From: Kayfunavirus PDP351P3 | DNA length: 39,050 nt | Direction: 5' to 3' (one strand) | Sequence record: OZ035732.1 | Shown: one piece after another, positions 35,301-39,050 of the stretch | Layout of the letters: each line of letters starts with the position of its first letter | How positions within the stretch are numbered: the stretch's first letter is position 1 | Notes under the pieces: generated by a model | Told to the model about the DNA's origin: nothing | The model's input: the letters and a program-made list of their open reading frames with translations, nothing else | Databases searched by the model: none | Position numbers and translations under genes: made by a program

Positions 35301-36208
35301 GTAGTAAGCGTAAGTTCGATGACCGCTGGCTGAAGACAGCTGGTATCTCTGACGAGCAGTGGAAGGGCATTAAGTCCCTAATCCGTGAGTCAGTGACTCG
35401 TGGGCCAGACGGGAAGTACACCATCAAGGATAAGAAGGCGTTCAGTCAGGACCCAAGGGCTATGGACCTGTGGCGCATGGGTGACACCATAGCTGACGAA
35501 ACGTTACTCCGTCCTCATAAGCTGTCAAACATGGACGCCAAGGCTTATGGTCCTCTCGCTAAGACTGTCCTTCAGTTTAAGAACTTCGTCATCAAGTCTA
35601 TCAATGGGAGAACCATGCGCACATTCTATAACGCCACCAAGAACAACCGAGCTATTGATGCTGCGCTGTCCACTGTGATGTCTATGGGCCTTGCTGGTAT
35701 CTACTACATGGCTCAGGCACACCTCAAGGCTTACGCTATGCAGGATGGTCGTGACCGTGAGTACCTCAAGCAAGCTCTGGACCCGACGATGATTGGATAT
35801 GCAGCTCTATCACGTAGTTCACATCTTGGTGGCCCACTTGGGGTAGCTAACATTCTGGGTGGCATCGCTGGGTATGAGGACACTAAGATGCTCCGTTCGT
35901 CTATCCTACCTCGTTCGCCTACAGAGAAGCCTGAACGTGCCATCGCGTATGGTGCAGCTACAAGTGACCCTGTGATGAATGTTGTTGGTAACTTCTTGGA
36001 GCAGGTTCCAGCTTTCGGATATGCTGCTAACGTTGGGGCTACGGCTTACAACTTGGCTGGCTACCTCAAGGCTGATACTCGTGTCAACGAGCGTGACTAC
36101 ATGACCGGGATGTATAATACGTTCCGTGAACTGGTTCCGAACGACCCAATTACCCAGAAGCTGTTGCTTGGAACGTTTGAGGAGCAAGGTATCCACATCA
36201 AGGACTAA
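32321..36208 (+). CDS. internal virion protein D (T7 gp16-like core) with non-T7 N-terminal domain
   Basis: 1295 aa; from about residue 200 colinear with recalled T7 gp16 (TRWN.H.W..EELD.IR, GAGVDPL.YVP, LRSPTGMQSGASGK, GTYVPHVY, FLEARNLFDSD, GDIAIM, GKTTK, ILTGRARR, RSPFTK.LNGTTNYLLDA, PRAMDLWR, NNRAIDAALS, LVPNDP.TQ.L); first about 160 aa (MATRGIRNNNPGNIR...) do not resemble the T7 N-terminal SLT domain. Confidence 0.93.
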   Translation: MATRGIRNNNPGNIRVSKDQWEGMTGDDGAFVTFDSPESGVRALGKNLLSYGRQGYDSIEKIINRWAPPNENDTKAYIDSVVAATGIPATQSLDLSDPDTLSSLAQAISFHETGSRYDPEVYQKGVARALNGISPKTPPVSANVFDALTEGLKAKPKVALGENLPTAAGLNIEGQSPEAPNESFGEMFYKATGETMQEREDRSTWFGFGAATEADVKNSMVGVAIRAGQTEDSLDVIGDVFNPTRWNNHKWSREELDQIRNAGVLPQYYGVITGGSPQNLTELINLALENQKLDQERAKAGTGAQLAAGVIGAGVDPLTYVPIAGQVGKGGKLINKMFTVAAQSGALAGASEIARTSVAGGDAHVAEAILGGVLFGGGMTAIADGLGRALGRNTNEFAGPATRLEARETARNVDGQDLSRLPIQEGEQTFSHQGVKFADVPNEPGSVRLEDGSILIGENPLNPKTRQVFDEVIEPERAAAGVNLGGLTEIGLKLLRSENPEIRGVAADLVRSPTGMQSGASGKIGTTASDVFERLRAVDHRFYNDLDDAVTEALKDPYFQTAFWRDSGAFRQDIYQRVSMAIEDGSGNLKAELTPGELKVYDLLKNQFDAKREMMENPAMFGRPDAQSIFPGSRFKGTYVPHVYSNQMKELYIKELGSPEALQEAIKKSWLTSYASRPEVKKRVDEALLEADPTLTPEGLAAAVDKYANDRAYGISHTGQFERSSVMEENINGLVGLENNSFLEARNLFDSDMSIVLPNGQTFSVNNLREWDMDKIVPAYNRRVNGDIAIMAGTGKTTKDMKDLVETMMNKAGDDGKLKGEVSTLRDTLKILTGRARRDGADDAAFATVMRTMTDLAFFAKNAYMGVQNLTEIGGMLARGNVRALLHGVPMFRDLAFRNKKVGASEIKDLHNVIFGKELDDSIRPSKQDVIDRLRSYSDLSRGTATALGTAKYYTGELAVRSPFTKVLNGTTNYLLDAGRQGFLSDIVEHSLTGSKRKFDDRWLKTAGISDEQWKGIKSLIRESVTRGPDGKYTIKDKKAFSQDPRAMDLWRMGDTIADETLLRPHKLSNMDAKAYGPLAKTVLQFKNFVIKSINGRTMRTFYNATKNNRAIDAALSTVMSMGLAGIYYMAQAHLKAYAMQDGRDREYLKQALDPTMIGYAALSRSSHLGGPLGVANILGGIAGYEDTKMLRSSILPRSPTEKPERAIAYGAATSDPVMNVVGNFLEQVPAFGYAANVGATAYNLAGYLKADTRVNERDYMTGMYNTFRELVPNDPITQKLLLGTFEEQGIHIKD

Positions 36209-36226
36209 ACTATCACTATAGGAAAC
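36204..36226 (+). promoter_or_regulatory. phage RNAP promoter (phi17-like)
   Basis: ACTAAACTATCACTATA-GGAAAC; overlaps gp16 stop. Confidence 0.75.
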
Positions 36227-36272
36227 GGGAGGCGCTACCATAGGTCTCCATTTAAATCACAAAGGAGGCATA

Positions 36273-38762
36273 ATGTCCACGATTACACAATTCCCTTCAG
36301 GAAACACTCAGTACAGGATTGAGTTCGACTACCTATCCAGAACGTTTGTTGTTGTTACTCTGGTGAATAGCTCTAACCTTACCCTGAACCGTGTACTGGA
36401 AGTTGGTCGAGATTACCGATTCCTTAATCCAACGATGATTGAGATGTTGGTTGACCAATCAGGTTTCGACATCGTTCGTATTCACCGTCAGACTGGAACT
36501 GACTTAGTGGTAGACTTCAGGAATGGCTCAGTGTTGACAGCTAGTGACCTGACTAATGCAGAGCTTCAGGCTATCCATATTGCAGAAGAAGGTCGAGACC
36601 AAACGGTTGACTTAGCGAAGGAATATGCCGATGCTGCTAGTAGCTCTGCTGGCAACGCTAAGGATAGCGAGGACGAAGCACGCCGAATCGCTGATAGTAT
36701 CAAGACATCTGGTCAAATTGGCTATATTACCCGCCGCTCCTTCGAGAAAGGCTTCAACGTTACAACATGGAACGAGGTCCTGCTATGGGAAGAGGATGGC
36801 GAATATTACCGTTGGGACGGTGACTTTCCTAAAACCGTACCTGCTGGCTCAACTCCTGAAACTTCAGGTGGAGTTGGTTTAGGTGCATGGGTTAGCGTTG
36901 GTGATGCGTCACTTAGAGGGCAAATATCTTCTAAATACGGATTATCAATTATTGGTGGGTTTGAATCAGTAGATGATATGAGATCCTATTCATCAGTTGC
37001 AAGTTTGCCAGACGGCACAAGGGCTTTCTTGTTTAGTTTTTATGCCGGGAAAAGCATTGGTGGAGGTATATTTCAATGGCACAGTAACGCAACAACTGAT
37101 GATGATGGCTTCTCTGTTATTAAACCATCAGCTGTTTCAGGAGCAGGTCGATGGATTAACATTAAACGTGGCAGACTAACCCCGGAAGAATGTGGGTGCG
37201 TACCTAATGACCCATCATTTGACAACGGCGTACCGCTTAATAGATGGGCGTCACAGCAGCATTGTATAGGTTCCGTTGGCGTCTTTTATAAAACAACTGC
37301 TTTAATTCCGTCACCGCCAGCGTACCCACAGTATATAGACGCTAAAGGCATGAGGCTGATGACTACTGTGGCTGACGTAAATGGGGTGGAACTCTCCTCT
37401 GATATGTCTCGACGTATCAATATTGAGGGTCTTGAGTCGTTCGGTGACCCGTCATTAACAGTAACGAATCGCAATAAAGCCAACGGCTTCTATATCGCTG
37501 GCTGTAGGGAAGTAGTCCTAAAAAACATTCGCTGTGAGGGATGGAAAAACGCTGGTGTCTGGTGGTTTGAAGTCAACAATATGACTATCGACGGATTTAT
37601 TGGATGGAGAAATGATTGGGATGGTTCCACACTATTCTCCTCTGGTGGGGATTTAGTTGAATGGACTTCGAGCGACGGGTTGGCGAAATCCTGCAGTATA
37701 ACTAATTTCGCGTGTTTTTCAGATGGCAGCCAAAGCATATCCATAAACTCATTATCTTTTGGGCGAAATGTACTAATCAGTAACGGACGCTGTTTCACGT
37801 ATGACGCTACAGATTTTACACCAAAAACTCGGACTAACATAAAAGCACGACATGGAATCACGATAGGTTACAACTCCAACCAGACGTATGGTGGTGGTGT
37901 TAAAGTTAGTAACGTCATTATCAGAGATAAGGGGTGGACTGGCATTTGCCGCTCTGGTGGTTTAGATGGCGCTGTACGATATCAACCAGCTACCATTTCT
38001 AACGTTTCAGTGTACGATTGCGGTTTTGGTATAAACCAAGACAACATTGGTGCTGGTATTCTGTTTGGTGACGTAGTTGACGGAGACATGATCAACAACT
38101 GTTATGTGGAAGGTTTCGCCAACGCTAATAACGGTGCGTACAAAATTCAGGATTCTGTAGGTACAGGGAAGCTGACAATAGCTAACTGTGTTGATAAAGG
38201 TTCTGCTGGATACGGTGTACACATAGCGACAGAATCGGTTAACGTAATGGTTATCGGCCACAGAAGCATAGAACCAACCGGTGCAGGTATTTTCCTTGAG
38301 GCAAAAGGCGGCGCAACACTATTCCGGTCGCATACTGTTGACGGATGTCGTATTGAGCGTGTGACGGACGGTTACGGAATATTTTTGTCTAACGGCGTAA
38401 TTAGTGCGAATATCAAAAACAATGAAATCCGTGGTACTTCTACGAACTCCACAACAAACTGTGCTATTCGTGTAAACCAAAATGGGCAAAACATAAATAT
38501 CAGAGGAAATCAGATTTACGGTTTTGCATACGGGTTGTGGTACAACACCTATGTGAACACCACAACGGTATTCCCGTGGGGTAACAACCAATTCTTCGGC
38601 TGCATTAACGCACACCGTTTCGCAAGGACGACAGGAACCAGTGTTGCTAAGGTAGAACCTAATTATTACGACGGCGCTACTACAAATCAATTCTCTAATG
38701 GTGGCGTAGGAACGAGTAACGGAACGGAAGAATTTAGAGTTAATGGCACTCCCGTGACCTAA
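36273..38762 (+). CDS. tailspike: T7 gp17-like N-terminal tail-attachment domain fused to a parallel beta-helix (putative polysaccharide depolymerase) module
   Basis: 829 aa; residues 1-150 resemble recalled T7 gp17 N-terminus (EFDYLSR.FVVVTL, DYRF, LVDF.NGS.L.A.DL..A.LQ..H.AEE.RD); remainder has beta-helix-type repeats (NNCYVEGF, NNEIRGTS, IRGNQIYG) and is AT-richer than the rest of the genome. Confidence 0.9.
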   Translation: MSTITQFPSGNTQYRIEFDYLSRTFVVVTLVNSSNLTLNRVLEVGRDYRFLNPTMIEMLVDQSGFDIVRIHRQTGTDLVVDFRNGSVLTASDLTNAELQAIHIAEEGRDQTVDLAKEYADAASSSAGNAKDSEDEARRIADSIKTSGQIGYITRRSFEKGFNVTTWNEVLLWEEDGEYYRWDGDFPKTVPAGSTPETSGGVGLGAWVSVGDASLRGQISSKYGLSIIGGFESVDDMRSYSSVASLPDGTRAFLFSFYAGKSIGGGIFQWHSNATTDDDGFSVIKPSAVSGAGRWINIKRGRLTPEECGCVPNDPSFDNGVPLNRWASQQHCIGSVGVFYKTTALIPSPPAYPQYIDAKGMRLMTTVADVNGVELSSDMSRRINIEGLESFGDPSLTVTNRNKANGFYIAGCREVVLKNIRCEGWKNAGVWWFEVNNMTIDGFIGWRNDWDGSTLFSSGGDLVEWTSSDGLAKSCSITNFACFSDGSQSISINSLSFGRNVLISNGRCFTYDATDFTPKTRTNIKARHGITIGYNSNQTYGGGVKVSNVIIRDKGWTGICRSGGLDGAVRYQPATISNVSVYDCGFGINQDNIGAGILFGDVVDGDMINNCYVEGFANANNGAYKIQDSVGTGKLTIANCVDKGSAGYGVHIATESVNVMVIGHRSIEPTGAGIFLEAKGGATLFRSHTVDGCRIERVTDGYGIFLSNGVISANIKNNEIRGTSTNSTTNCAIRVNQNGQNINIRGNQIYGFAYGLWYNTYVNTTTVFPWGNNQFFGCINAHRFARTTGTSVAKVEPNYYDGATTNQFSNGGVGTSNGTEEFRVNGTPVT

Positions 38763-38792
38763 CAAAACCCCGCTTCGGCGGTGTTGTTTTAT
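38762..38792 (+). terminator. putative hairpin/terminator after tailspike gene
   Basis: ACAAAACCCCGC-TTCG-GCGGTGTTGTTTT: about 12-bp stem with one mismatch, UUCG-type loop, T-rich tail. Confidence 0.4.
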
Positions 38793-38889
38793 CATCAGAA
38801 GGTTGTGGAGGTAGAGGCTAACTACACGCTGACCAACGTATGATAACAACTTTGGGTCATGGACGACCCGCTTTAAACTGGAGGTTTTA

Positions 38890-39050
38890 TGATTGAGTTA
38901 GACTTCAAGAATGAGGTCCTTAAAGCCTCTCCTATCGTCGGGACCGCTGCGGCTGATGGTGCCAGTCGGTTCTTCTTCGGACTCACACTGAACGAATGGT
39001 TCTACGTTGCAGCTATCGCGTACACCGTTGTCCAGATTGGTGTGCTAGTC
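38890..39050 (+). CDS. type II holin (T7 gp17.5-like), 3'-truncated by window end
   Basis: ATG 38890 with GGAGG RBS; MIELDFKNEVLKASPIVGTAAADGASRFFFGLTLNEWFYVAAIAYTVVQIG matches recalled T7 gp17.5 (MLSLDFNNELIKAAPIVGTGVADVSARLFFGLSLNEWFYVAAIAYTVVQIG); no stop within window. Confidence 0.8.

Overview
This window is a near-complete genome of a T7-like virulent podophage (Autographiviridae, T7 supergroup), presented circularly permuted. All calls rest on reading the six-frame translations against T7 protein and DNA sequences recalled from memory; no search was run. The window opens at late gene 18 (small terminase), runs through an HNH gene, spanins 18.5/18.7 and large terminase 19, then crosses the genome-terminus region at about 3.4-4.4 kb (terminal-repeat-like sequence, ACCTACAGT short-repeat arrays, sigma70-type early promoters). 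It continues through the early region (extended Ocr, five small unknown ORFs, phage RNA polymerase), the DNA-metabolism module (ligase, gp1.7, gp2, SSB, endonuclease I, amidase, primase-helicase, intron-split DNA polymerase, exonuclease) and the structural module (portal, scaffold, capsid with a -1 frameshift site, tail tubular A/B, internal virion proteins 13-16, tailspike), ending inside holin gene 17.5. Every supported gene is on the + strand. Eleven phage-RNAP promoters share a consensus near CTAAACTATCACTATAGGGA that differs from T7 at -12 to -9. I found no tRNA, CRISPR, integrase or lysogeny genes. I do not see a clear-cut novel multi-gene system. The best candidates for undescribed biology are the early ORF cluster that replaces T7 genes 0.4-0.7, the C-terminally extended Ocr, a 151-aa ORF between endonuclease I and the amidase, an ASCH/DUF3850-like ORF between the tail tubular genes, and the non-T7 modules on gp16 and gp17. 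The most solid notable feature is a group I intron carrying an HNH homing endonuclease inside DNA polymerase motif C.
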